Shown here one piece after another: positions 26,825-34,832 of a stretch of DNA of 64,000 bases; within the stretch, counting starts at the first letter, position 1, and each line of letters starts with the position of its first letter. Where the stretch lies: NCBI GenBank assembly GCA_903945195.1, contig CAJAUT010000006.1:493-64492 (forward strand). Direction: 5' to 3'. The notes beneath the pieces are model-generated. The model searched no databases and was not told the DNA's origin. It saw nothing but the letters and a program-made list of their open reading frames with translations. Source of the stretch: an uncultured bacterium (lineage in GTDB: Bacteria; Patescibacteriota; Microgenomatia; UBA1400; UBA12108). Made by a program: the position numbers and the translations under genes.

Positions 26825-27018
26825 ACTAGCGATGAAGATTACTTCTTGTGATCATTTTCTTCTCCTACAACTGTATAATCTTCCATCATTCTGGTAAAAT
26901 GTATCAGGTATTGGGACGAAACGCTAGAAAGCGGTTCAAAATAAAAATCGTCCTCGGCACAAAATAATTCCCTCCCATGTATTACATGAAAGGGAATTAT
27001 CTATATTTAACTTTAAGA

Positions 27019-27648
27019 TTACTGTACTTCTAGTCTTGTACCACTTACCAAACTAGATCCAGTAGTGGATGTTCCTTGCCATTTGACAATCTTCCCAACA
27101 GCAATAGATCCAGAAATAAGTTTAATTTTTGTCTCTGCTGAAATTAGCAGTTTAGTATTACCTACTAATAAGTAGTCAACATTAAACTCTACTATTTTAC
27201 CTTCTCCCTTATATTTCACCGCAACTGCACTAGGTGCAGGAGTTGGCGTAGGAGATGGCGACACTACGGCTGGGTTTACATTTACTTGTGCACCTCCCTG
27301 TACCAATAGGGCACCAGATGCATCATAGCAATCTATTTCATAGTTATACCCTGTAACTACAGTAGGATAAGGAGCTACAGCTAGATCTGTTCCTGCCAAG
27401 CCACCAAGGACTTCACCAGCACCCCATACTCCCCATTTTTTACAATACGCCACATTATTCGCGCTCCATGTAATATTTAAGGTATCACCTGCATTTGCGG
27501 TAACAATTGAAGACGCTCCATCGATTCCGTTTACAAAATATGAAACACTTGGAGAAAGATCTGTAGTAATGGCTGATACATGCCTAACACCTTTAATACC
27601 AATTATCGAAACAGCTGCTAAGAACACAGCAACTACTAATTTTTTCAT
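27019..27648 (-). CDS. Secreted protein of unknown function (signal peptide MKKLVVAVFLAAVSIIG)
   Basis: Start placed at the internal Met with a signal peptide. The long ORF upstream of it is probably not translated. Confidence 0.35.
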   Translation of the reverse strand: MKKLVVAVFLAAVSIIGIKGVRHVSAITTDLSPSVSYFVNGIDGASSIVTANAGDTLNITWSANNVAYCKKWGVWGAGEVLGGLAGTDLAVAPYPTVVTGYNYEIDCYDASGALLVQGGAQVNVNPAVVSPSPTPTPAPSAVAVKYKGEGKIVEFNVDYLLVGNTKLLISAETKIKLISGSIAVGKIVKWQGTSTTGSSLVSGTRLEVQ

Positions 27649-27735
27649 ACATTTTCCTCTATAAATAAATAATATATATAAATGTAGCCGTAACAAAGCT
27701 AAATTTATTACACATCATGTTATAATTCAGCAAAT

Positions 27736-28536
27736 ATGACAAAAATCACTCAAAAACCAGATGGTACAGTCTCATTTGAGATGGTCATCCCCAAAGAAAC
27801 TATTGCTAAAGAATACGAACATGCACTTGCAGAAGTAGTCAAAACCGCCAGCATCAAAGGCTTCCGTCCAGGCAAAGCCCCAGCCAAGATGGTAGAAGCC
27901 CAGACAGACAGGTCCAGATTGCTCTCTCATGTCTTAAACCACGTTTTATCACCTGCCTACTCAGAAGTGATCCATGAACACAAGCTAGTACCCCTCATAG
28001 ACCCCCACGTGAACCCCAAAAGCATGGAAGATGGTAAAGATTGGGTTATGGACGTGACCGTAGCCATAGCCCCTACAATTGATCTGGGAGACTACGAGAA
28101 GTATGTCCAGACGGGATTAAAGAAATTTAAACCCAAAAAAGACGCCAAACCAGAGGAGGTCAAAGACGAAAAGCTCAATACCATATTTGACTTACTCCTA
28201 GACAAAGCCAAGATAGAGGTGGCACCAGTCTTAGTTGACGAAGAAACCAGATCCGCCCTAGAGCGTCTAGCCAAACAGCTTAGTTCCCTAAAGCTTAGTA
28301 TCGAAGACTACGCCAAGTCCATCAAGAAATCTACCGATGATCTGGTAAATGAATACAAAAAATCAGCAGTTTCCAATCTAAGACTCGAGTTTATCCTCCA
28401 AAAACTAATTGAACTCAAAAAACCAGAAGTCACAGAAGCCGAAGTGGCAGAGCTCAAACCTCAAAAAGGGCAGGAGTCATACGCCAAATACGTCATCCAA
28501 AAACGCAAGGTACTTGACATCCTAGCCGCATTATAG
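27736..28536 (+). CDS. tig: Trigger-factor-like chaperone (short form, N-terminal ribosome-binding domain recognisable)
   Basis: GFRPGKAPAKMVEAQ matches the Tig signature GFRxGKxPxxxV. 266 aa, so it lacks a full PPIase domain. Confidence 0.45.
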   Translation: MTKITQKPDGTVSFEMVIPKETIAKEYEHALAEVVKTASIKGFRPGKAPAKMVEAQTDRSRLLSHVLNHVLSPAYSEVIHEHKLVPLIDPHVNPKSMEDGKDWVMDVTVAIAPTIDLGDYEKYVQTGLKKFKPKKDAKPEEVKDEKLNTIFDLLLDKAKIEVAPVLVDEETRSALERLAKQLSSLKLSIEDYAKSIKKSTDDLVNEYKKSAVSNLRLEFILQKLIELKKPEVTEAEVAELKPQKGQESYAKYVIQKRKVLDILAAL

Positions 28537-28565
28537 GATACTCCGTGTGTAAGTAGGATACACAT

Positions 28566-29240
28566 ATGACAAACGATCCATTCAAAAACTTTAAACCACT
28601 AAACTCCAAGCCTGCTCAAAAGCAGACTTCTAAAACCACCAACAACAATAGTTTTGTCGAATCCATGCGCGACATGGGTGGCTCAGTCATGAAATCACTC
28701 AAAAATGATGTAGTTAAAGGGACCGCTCAAAGTATCTTTGATCAACTCCTAGGCAGTGCTTCTACAGGTCGTATGCCTACTACTCCAGACCAAGCTATCA
28801 ATCCAGATCTAGAAAAATACATTACTGAGCGCGAAAATGCCGCCGCTGAAGAAGCCAAGATGCAAGAGCGTGCTCGCCACGCTCCTTCGCACCTAGAAAA
28901 CAAAGTTCTTTTCTCCTATGCCGACGAAAGTCTCAAAAAAGAAATCGATGGTGTCCGACAAGAGCTACAGATGCTCGTAGCTACCATGGGCAAAGTCGAA
29001 AACCAAATTGAGCAAGCCATGATGGACAACATCGTGGGTGGGGGAGTCTATCACCTCAATTACTTCCAAAAACTCAAAACCTGGATCAAGTTTATGCGCA
29101 AGAGTCTCGAAGACAGCTCTGCCTGGCTTCAAATGTCCTCAAACCGCAAAGGTAAAGGCTATTTCTGGACCCAGACAGCCGCCCAAGGCAATAAATACTC
29201 ACAGTCCTCCGAGCGCAACGTCCAAATGGGTGCCGGTTAA
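28566..29240 (+). CDS. Hypothetical protein
   Basis: ORF only. Confidence 0.3.
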   Translation: MTNDPFKNFKPLNSKPAQKQTSKTTNNNSFVESMRDMGGSVMKSLKNDVVKGTAQSIFDQLLGSASTGRMPTTPDQAINPDLEKYITERENAAAEEAKMQERARHAPSHLENKVLFSYADESLKKEIDGVRQELQMLVATMGKVENQIEQAMMDNIVGGGVYHLNYFQKLKTWIKFMRKSLEDSSAWLQMSSNRKGKGYFWTQTAAQGNKYSQSSERNVQMGAG

Positions 29241-29283
29241 GAATAACTTTTCAATAATTTTCTGTTAAAATACACTTTGTCCA

Positions 29284-29357
29284 GGGCGGTTAGCTCAGTT
29301 GGTACGAGCGCTACATTGACATTGTAGAGGTCGCGAGTTCGATCCTTGCACCGCCCA
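29284..29357 (+). tRNA. tRNA-Val (anticodon GAC)
   Basis: GGGCGGT-TA-GCTC-AGTTGGTAC-GAGC-G-CTACA-TTGACAT-TGTAG-AGGTC-GCGAG-TTCGATC-CTTGC-ACCGCCC-A. Confidence 0.8.
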
Positions 29358-29360
29358 CTT

Positions 29361-31148
29361 ATGGCACAACATACACCAGATCAGCTCTTAGCCATGCGCC
29401 ACAGTGCCGAACACGTCTTGCACCAAGCGATGAAAGAACTCTACCCACGTATCCATCTTGCCATGGGACCTGCAACAGATGAAGGATACTACTTTGATTT
29501 TGACGCTACCCCAGATGGTAGAGAACCAGTTACCGTAACTGCAGCCAACTTTGGCAAGATCGAAAAACGCATGGGAGAGATCATCAAAAAAAATCTCCCT
29601 ATCACCAGGCATGAAATCGATATCGCTGAGGCTCGCACACTATTTGCTGACAATCCATACAAACTAGAATGGTTGGATGCGATCGAGGGTAAAGGTGAAA
29701 AAGCCACAGTCTACTGGACAGGTGAACCAAACAAGCTAGGGTCTATGGTAGATCTCTGCAAAGGTCCTCACGTTGCAAGTACTGGAGAGATCAAAGCATT
29801 CAAACTCCTTTCCATAGCTGGTGCCTATTGGCGAGGCGACGAGAAAAACAAAATGCTTACTCGCATCTATGGCACTGCTTTTTATTGCCAAGAAGATCTC
29901 GATACCTATGTGAATCAGCTCGCCGAAGCCAAGAAACGTGACCACCGCAAACTCGGAGTCGAGTTAGATCTATTTGCTTTCTCAGATTTAGTAGGCAAAG
30001 GCCTCCCTATGCTTACTCCAAAAGGGGCCACCATCAGACGCGAACTAGAACGCTTCGTGGTCGACGAAGAGATAAAGAGAGGCTATCAACATGTAGTTAC
30101 CCCACCTCTAGCCAAAGTAGATCTTTATAGAAAGAGCGGCCACTACCCATACTACAAAGACACAATGTATCCGCCCATGATTGTCGACGAAGACGAGCTC
30201 ATCCTACGTCCCATGACCTGTCCTCATCATTTCCAGCTATATGACTCTCGTCCACGAAGCTACAAAGAGCTGCCTGTACGCTACGCCGAACTAGCTGATC
30301 TCTTTAGATATGAAAAAAGTGGTGAACTTTCAGGCTTGATGCGTGTCCGCATGTTCTGTCTCGCCGACGCCCACATCATCGCAACTCGTGATCAAGCCAC
30401 AGATGAAATAAACGGGGTATTAGATTTGATCGAGTACATCAACCAGATTTTTGGTATGGTCAAAGGTGTAGATTTCCGCTATCGTCTCTCTCTTGGCAAG
30501 CGCGAAGATACCAAAAAATATTTTAAAGATGATGCTGCTTGGGACCACGCAGAAGAAATCCTTCGAAACGTGCTCAAATCCAGAGAAGCTCCATTTTACG
30601 AGGCAGAAGACGAAGCTGCTTTCTATGGTCCAAAGATCGACGTCCAAGTCAAAAATGCTTTAGGCAAAGAAGAAACTGCCTTTACCTGCCAGTACGACTT
30701 TGTCATGCCCAAGAGGTTTGAGCTTAGCTATATAGATTCAACAGGTGCCAAACAAGAGCCTATCGTCATCCATCGCAGTAGCGTAGGAGCATTTGAGCGC
30801 ACCATGGCTTTTCTAATCGAACATTATGCCGGCGCTTTCCCAGTCTGGTTATCTCCTATCCAAGTAACTCTTCTACCTATCTCTGAGCACGAGCTAGAAT
30901 ACGTCAAGACTATCGCTACTGCCCTGAAAAAAGAGGGAATTAGGGTAGAGATCGACGAATCAGCAAATACTTTAGGCAAAAAGATGGTCCGCGCTCGCGA
31001 CCAAAAAGTGCCCTACATGGCTATCATGGGCAAACAAGAAGTAGAAAACAAAACCATCACCCTAAAAAATAGAGCAGGTGAGCAGATCACTCTAAATCTC
31101 GACGAAACTATAGCCAAAATCAAACAGGAAATCATAAGTAAGCTATAA
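29361..31148 (+). CDS. thrS: Threonyl-tRNA synthetase (lacks the N-terminal TGS domain). Start moved to the ATG at 29361, just after tRNA-Val.
   Basis: HSAEHVLH (editing-domain HxxxH), class II motifs and a C-terminal anticodon-binding domain. Conserved thrS-infC-rpmI-rplT order. Confidence 0.85.
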   Translation: MAQHTPDQLLAMRHSAEHVLHQAMKELYPRIHLAMGPATDEGYYFDFDATPDGREPVTVTAANFGKIEKRMGEIIKKNLPITRHEIDIAEARTLFADNPYKLEWLDAIEGKGEKATVYWTGEPNKLGSMVDLCKGPHVASTGEIKAFKLLSIAGAYWRGDEKNKMLTRIYGTAFYCQEDLDTYVNQLAEAKKRDHRKLGVELDLFAFSDLVGKGLPMLTPKGATIRRELERFVVDEEIKRGYQHVVTPPLAKVDLYRKSGHYPYYKDTMYPPMIVDEDELILRPMTCPHHFQLYDSRPRSYKELPVRYAELADLFRYEKSGELSGLMRVRMFCLADAHIIATRDQATDEINGVLDLIEYINQIFGMVKGVDFRYRLSLGKREDTKKYFKDDAAWDHAEEILRNVLKSREAPFYEAEDEAAFYGPKIDVQVKNALGKEETAFTCQYDFVMPKRFELSYIDSTGAKQEPIVIHRSSVGAFERTMAFLIEHYAGAFPVWLSPIQVTLLPISEHELEYVKTIATALKKEGIRVEIDESANTLGKKMVRARDQKVPYMAIMGKQEVENKTITLKNRAGEQITLNLDETIAKIKQEIISKL

Positions 31149-31155
31149 TAACCTC

Positions 31156-31671
31156 ATGAAATTTACGGCAATCAATCAATTTATCAAAGCAGCAGAGCTC
31201 CGCGTTGTGGACGAAACCGGTAAACAGATCGGGATCATGTCTCGCATCGAAGCTCTAAATATCGCCCACGACAGAGGCGTAGATCTGGTAGAAATCGCTC
31301 CTATGGCAAAGCCTCCTGTCGCCAAAGTCATCGATTTTAAAAAATTCAAATATGTAGAAGCCAAAAAAGAACGCGATGCAAAGTCCGCTAGCGGTAAAGT
31401 AGAGATTAAAGAAATTCGATTCTCACCCTTTATCGGGACTGGAGATATGGATACAAGACTCGAGAGGATCAAGGATATTTTAGGGGATGGCGACAGAGTC
31501 AAGATTGTGGTAAAATTCTCAGGTCGCCAAATTACAAAGGTCGAGTTTGGACATGATTTAATCAAAAAAATTATGTCCGCACTTGAGGGTATAGCTACTT
31601 CTGATGGAACTCCCAAGCTCCAGGGTAAGCAGCTATTTCTTATTTTAAACCCGACAAAAAAGAAAGCTTAA
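31156..31671 (+). CDS. infC: Translation initiation factor IF-3
   Basis: Collinear with IF-3 (ELRVVDETGKQIGIMSRIEALNIAHDRGVDLVEIAP). Confidence 0.85.
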   Translation: MKFTAINQFIKAAELRVVDETGKQIGIMSRIEALNIAHDRGVDLVEIAPMAKPPVAKVIDFKKFKYVEAKKERDAKSASGKVEIKEIRFSPFIGTGDMDTRLERIKDILGDGDRVKIVVKFSGRQITKVEFGHDLIKKIMSALEGIATSDGTPKLQGKQLFLILNPTKKKA

Positions 31672-31673
31672 AT

Positions 31674-31877
31674 ATGAAATCAACCAAAAGACGCAGCAAG
31701 CGATCACTTACTAGACGTGTCAAAGTGACAGCTACCGGTAAAGTTATCCGCCGCACTCAAAACATGCGTCATCGCAGAGCTCACAAAGGCAAAGCTCAAA
31801 TTCGTCGTATGAAAGCAGTCAAATTCCTCACGGGTGGAACCGCACGTCGCATTAAAAAAATACTAGGATTAATCTAA
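31674..31877 (+). CDS. rpmI: 50S ribosomal protein L35
   Basis: Basic 67-aa protein, MKSTKRRSKRSLTRRVKVTATGKV. Confidence 0.85.
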   Translation: MKSTKRRSKRSLTRRVKVTATGKVIRRTQNMRHRRAHKGKAQIRRMKAVKFLTGGTARRIKKILGLI

Positions 31878-31881
31878 ACAT

Positions 31882-32235
31882 ATGAGTAGAGTCACAAACG
31901 GTCCAGCCAAAAGAGCACGCCACAAAGCAGTCCTAAATCGTACCAAAGGTTTCCGCATGTCCAAGCATCGCCTCTGGAAAGTGGCCCACGAAGCCTATCT
32001 CCACGCTCTTGACTACTCCTTCCAAGGTCGCAAAGATCGCAAAAGTAACTTCCGCACACTCTGGATTGTCCGTATCAATGCCGCTCTACGCGCACTTGAC
32101 GCCACTTTCACTTATGGCCGCTTCATCAATGCCATGACTAAAAAGAATGTCATCCTAGATCGCAAGATCCTAGCTGACATGGCAGTAACAGATCCAGACA
32201 CCTTTGCCAAAGTCGTCAAACAAATCAATGGTTAA
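31882..32235 (+). CDS. rplT: 50S ribosomal protein L20
   Basis: MSRVTNGPAKRARHKAVLNRTKGFRMSKHRLWKVAHEA. Confidence 0.9.
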   Translation: MSRVTNGPAKRARHKAVLNRTKGFRMSKHRLWKVAHEAYLHALDYSFQGRKDRKSNFRTLWIVRINAALRALDATFTYGRFINAMTKKNVILDRKILADMAVTDPDTFAKVVKQING

Positions 32236-32408
32236 TTTTGCCCCCGTGCCCCTAGCGTAGTCTACCGACAAAGTGGGGCTTGCGTTTCATAGACTCATAG
32301 TGTATAGTTCCAATTTGCGAGAAGCAACCATCCGCACATTCCCACTAATAAGGGTTTGCTGACTGGAAGGTTGCTTTTGGCGTATCTAGGGGGTATATTG
32401 AAAACTAT

Positions 32409-32702
32409 ATGACACCTAAAAATCTAACTTCAGATCAAAAATTAGACTTACTACTTGAGAAGGTCTCCACGCTGGACTCCAAGGTCTCCACACTCGATTC
32501 GAAGGTCGAAGCGCTTACAATCACAGTCAATCGTATTGATATAAATGTTAAAGAGATCATTGCAACCCTCGCCGAAATTGCCTTACTCGCTGGAGAAACA
32601 GCTGATCGCGTCACCAAACTTGAAAATAAAAGCTCACCAGCCTCGACTAGCTCGAGTCTAGGCGGGTTTACCCCCTTTAAAAGCGGGGCGTTTGTAGCGT
32701 AA
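32409..32702 (+). CDS. Small coiled-coil protein with a duplicated VSTLDSK heptad, unknown function
   Basis: ORF only. Internal tandem repeat visible at the DNA level. Confidence 0.3.
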   Translation: MTPKNLTSDQKLDLLLEKVSTLDSKVSTLDSKVEALTITVNRIDINVKEIIATLAEIALLAGETADRVTKLENKSSPASTSSSLGGFTPFKSGAFVA

Positions 32703-32729
32703 ACTTTTCAAAGATTTTTACCCAAACCA

Positions 32730-32756
32730 CCCCGCAAAGCAGCGGGGTATTTTTTT
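32730..32756 (+). terminator. Rho-independent terminator (CCCCGC-aaagca-GCGGGG then TATTTTTTT)
   Basis: Perfect 6-bp GC stem plus a U-run, read directly. Confidence 0.6.
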
Positions 32757-32792
32757 GCCCCGCAATTACAAACATATAAATTTAAGGAAACT

Positions 32793-33032
32793 ATGAAAGA
32801 AAAAAGATTAATAATAATTAATAATACAGTCACACCAGACTCGAACGGGAATGACTTAGAAAAACTATCTGCACTACTAAATGAAGGAGTTGTGCCATCA
32901 GCCTCTGGAAATCTAGTATCACGTATAGCTCACGCATTGTCCAGGGTGATATCTGCAGAAGAAGCAGTACATAGAGCAACTCATCCTGGCGTAGATCATA
33001 GCGAAAGACCACTAAGTAAACCATTATCATGA
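32793..33032 (+). CDS. Hypothetical small protein
   Basis: ORF only. Confidence 0.25.
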   Translation: MKEKRLIIINNTVTPDSNGNDLEKLSALLNEGVVPSASGNLVSRIAHALSRVISAEEAVHRATHPGVDHSERPLSKPLS

Positions 33033-33047
33033 TGTTACAATAATCTT

Positions 33048-34832
33048 ATGACAGAAGCATTGTATTTATCAGACTCCTACCAAACTACCGCCACTGCTCA
33101 GGTGGTAGAGGTAGGAAGTAACTATCTAATCCTCAATCAAACAGTTTTTTACCCCCAAGGTGGCGGTCAGCTATCAGATAAAGGTACTATCAAATCTATA
33201 TCTGCGGAGCTACATGTCAAATCTGTCGAATACAATGGTGGAGAGATCAAACATGTTGGTACATTTAACGGACAGTTTACAGTAGGGGACAAAGTAACTC
33301 TGGAGATCGACTGGCCACTCCGCCTCAAAAATATGCAGCTACACACTGCGGGACATTTAGTAGATTTAATCGTCAGACAGATATATCCTACTCTCGTCCC
33401 AATTCGCGGTATGCACGGCATAGGTAAGAAACTCTTTGTAGAATACGAGGGAATTCATGATCTAGATCTAACCAAGTTAAATTCTGAGCTCACAACCCTA
33501 GTCGTTTTAAAACCCTCCATCAAAACCCAATTCGTCACACTAGAAGAACTAAAAACCATGTCCAATTGGATCCCAGAAAAACTCCCAACCAGCAAAAAAC
33601 TACGAGTACTGAGTATTGGAGATACTTATCACGTCCCAGATGGAGGCACTCAACTAAAATCTGGAGAGGCTATCTGGCCGATCACAGTAGGTATGGTAGA
33701 GCACGCTGAAAATTCTACTTTGATTCATTATCTAGTCGCAGAGCCATTATCTAAACCAGTCATAATAGAAAAGTTCGATGGTTCGAACCTGCCTCGCGTC
33801 AAGGCGGGCCATCGAACCGCCTCACCTACAGATATCGATAGCTCGATATCGCAATCAGGCACTACTTTTGCAAACGATCTAGATACGGTCAAATCTTCTT
33901 CAGATCTAGACGCTCTTTACCTCAAATACTTCGGCAAGAAGGGTATCACCACAGAGCTACTAAAGAGCCTGCAAGGCCTGGCCTTGCAGGACAAAAAGAC
34001 CTACGGTCCAGTCTTAAACGAACTGAAAAAATCCCAGGAATCTCAAATCGAACAAAAGAAAAAAGACCTTTCACTTCTCACATCCCATTTCTCGATTGAT
34101 TTAACTATTCCAGGTCACGTCAAACCCATCGGTCGCCTCCACCCCACAACCGAGATCATCCGCGAGATGAACCAGTTTTTCACGCGCCAAGGATTTTCTA
34201 TCGGCGAAGGACCAGAAATCGAAGATATCGAGTACAACTTCCGCCGTCTCAATCTGCCAGAAGGTCATCCCGCCACAGACTTGCAGGACTCTCTATTTAT
34301 CGAAGAACCAAATCTACTCATGCGCACCCACACTTCTTCAGTCGAGACTCGCATGCTTAGTGACCACAAGCCACCCATGCGAGTCGTAGTTCCAGGTAAA
34401 TGTTATCGCAACGAAACCACTAGTCTCACCAATGCCGCCTTCTTCTACCAGTACCAAGGGTTTGTAGTAGACAAAGGTATTACCATCGGGCATCTTAAAG
34501 ATACCCTCACCAAATTCCACCAGTTTTTATTTGGTGATGATGTTGTACTTCGTTTCCGCTACAAATATTACCCCGAAGTTAGCCCTGGAATGGGTGTGGA
34601 CATGCAGTGTCAATTTTGCAATGGATCTGGTTGCAAAATCTGCAAATTCCGCGGTTTTGTCGAGGTACTAGGGTCAGGCATGATTCACTACAATACTTTA
34701 AAAGCATGTGGTATTGATCCAGAAATCTATTCAGGTTTTGCCTTTGGCATGGGACTAGATCGTTTAGTCATGTCCAAATACGGCATTACAGACATTCGCA
34801 AACTCTACGGAGGTGAAATAGCATATCTATGA
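33048..34832 (+). CDS. pheS: Phenylalanyl-tRNA synthetase alpha subunit carrying a ~260-aa N-terminal AlaX-M-like (tRNA_SAD/trans-editing-type) domain
   Basis: N-terminus: FYPQGGGQ Gly-rich motif and HTAGHL (HxxxH). From ~residue 270: LYLKYFGKKG plus class II catalytic core motifs of PheS. Single uninterrupted 594-aa ORF. Confidence 0.75.
   Translation: MTEALYLSDSYQTTATAQVVEVGSNYLILNQTVFYPQGGGQLSDKGTIKSISAELHVKSVEYNGGEIKHVGTFNGQFTVGDKVTLEIDWPLRLKNMQLHTAGHLVDLIVRQIYPTLVPIRGMHGIGKKLFVEYEGIHDLDLTKLNSELTTLVVLKPSIKTQFVTLEELKTMSNWIPEKLPTSKKLRVLSIGDTYHVPDGGTQLKSGEAIWPITVGMVEHAENSTLIHYLVAEPLSKPVIIEKFDGSNLPRVKAGHRTASPTDIDSSISQSGTTFANDLDTVKSSSDLDALYLKYFGKKGITTELLKSLQGLALQDKKTYGPVLNELKKSQESQIEQKKKDLSLLTSHFSIDLTIPGHVKPIGRLHPTTEIIREMNQFFTRQGFSIGEGPEIEDIEYNFRRLNLPEGHPATDLQDSLFIEEPNLLMRTHTSSVETRMLSDHKPPMRVVVPGKCYRNETTSLTNAAFFYQYQGFVVDKGITIGHLKDTLTKFHQFLFGDDVVLRFRYKYYPEVSPGMGVDMQCQFCNGSGCKICKFRGFVEVLGSGMIHYNTLKACGIDPEIYSGFAFGMGLDRLVMSKYGITDIRKLYGGEIAYL

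Noticed and set aside
8450-27000. Prophage
   Set aside because: Integrases, a Rep-like gene and TA/Abi genes are present, but no capsid, terminase, portal or tail genes. Better explained as small integrative elements and their remnants.
31176-31616. ORF 31176-31616(-) antisense to infC, and similar antisense ORFs in thrS, pheT, PBP1A, recG, gyrA, pilC (e.g. 52089-52670+)
   Set aside because: Opposite-strand shadows of conserved housekeeping genes, with low-complexity Ser/Thr/Pro-rich translations.
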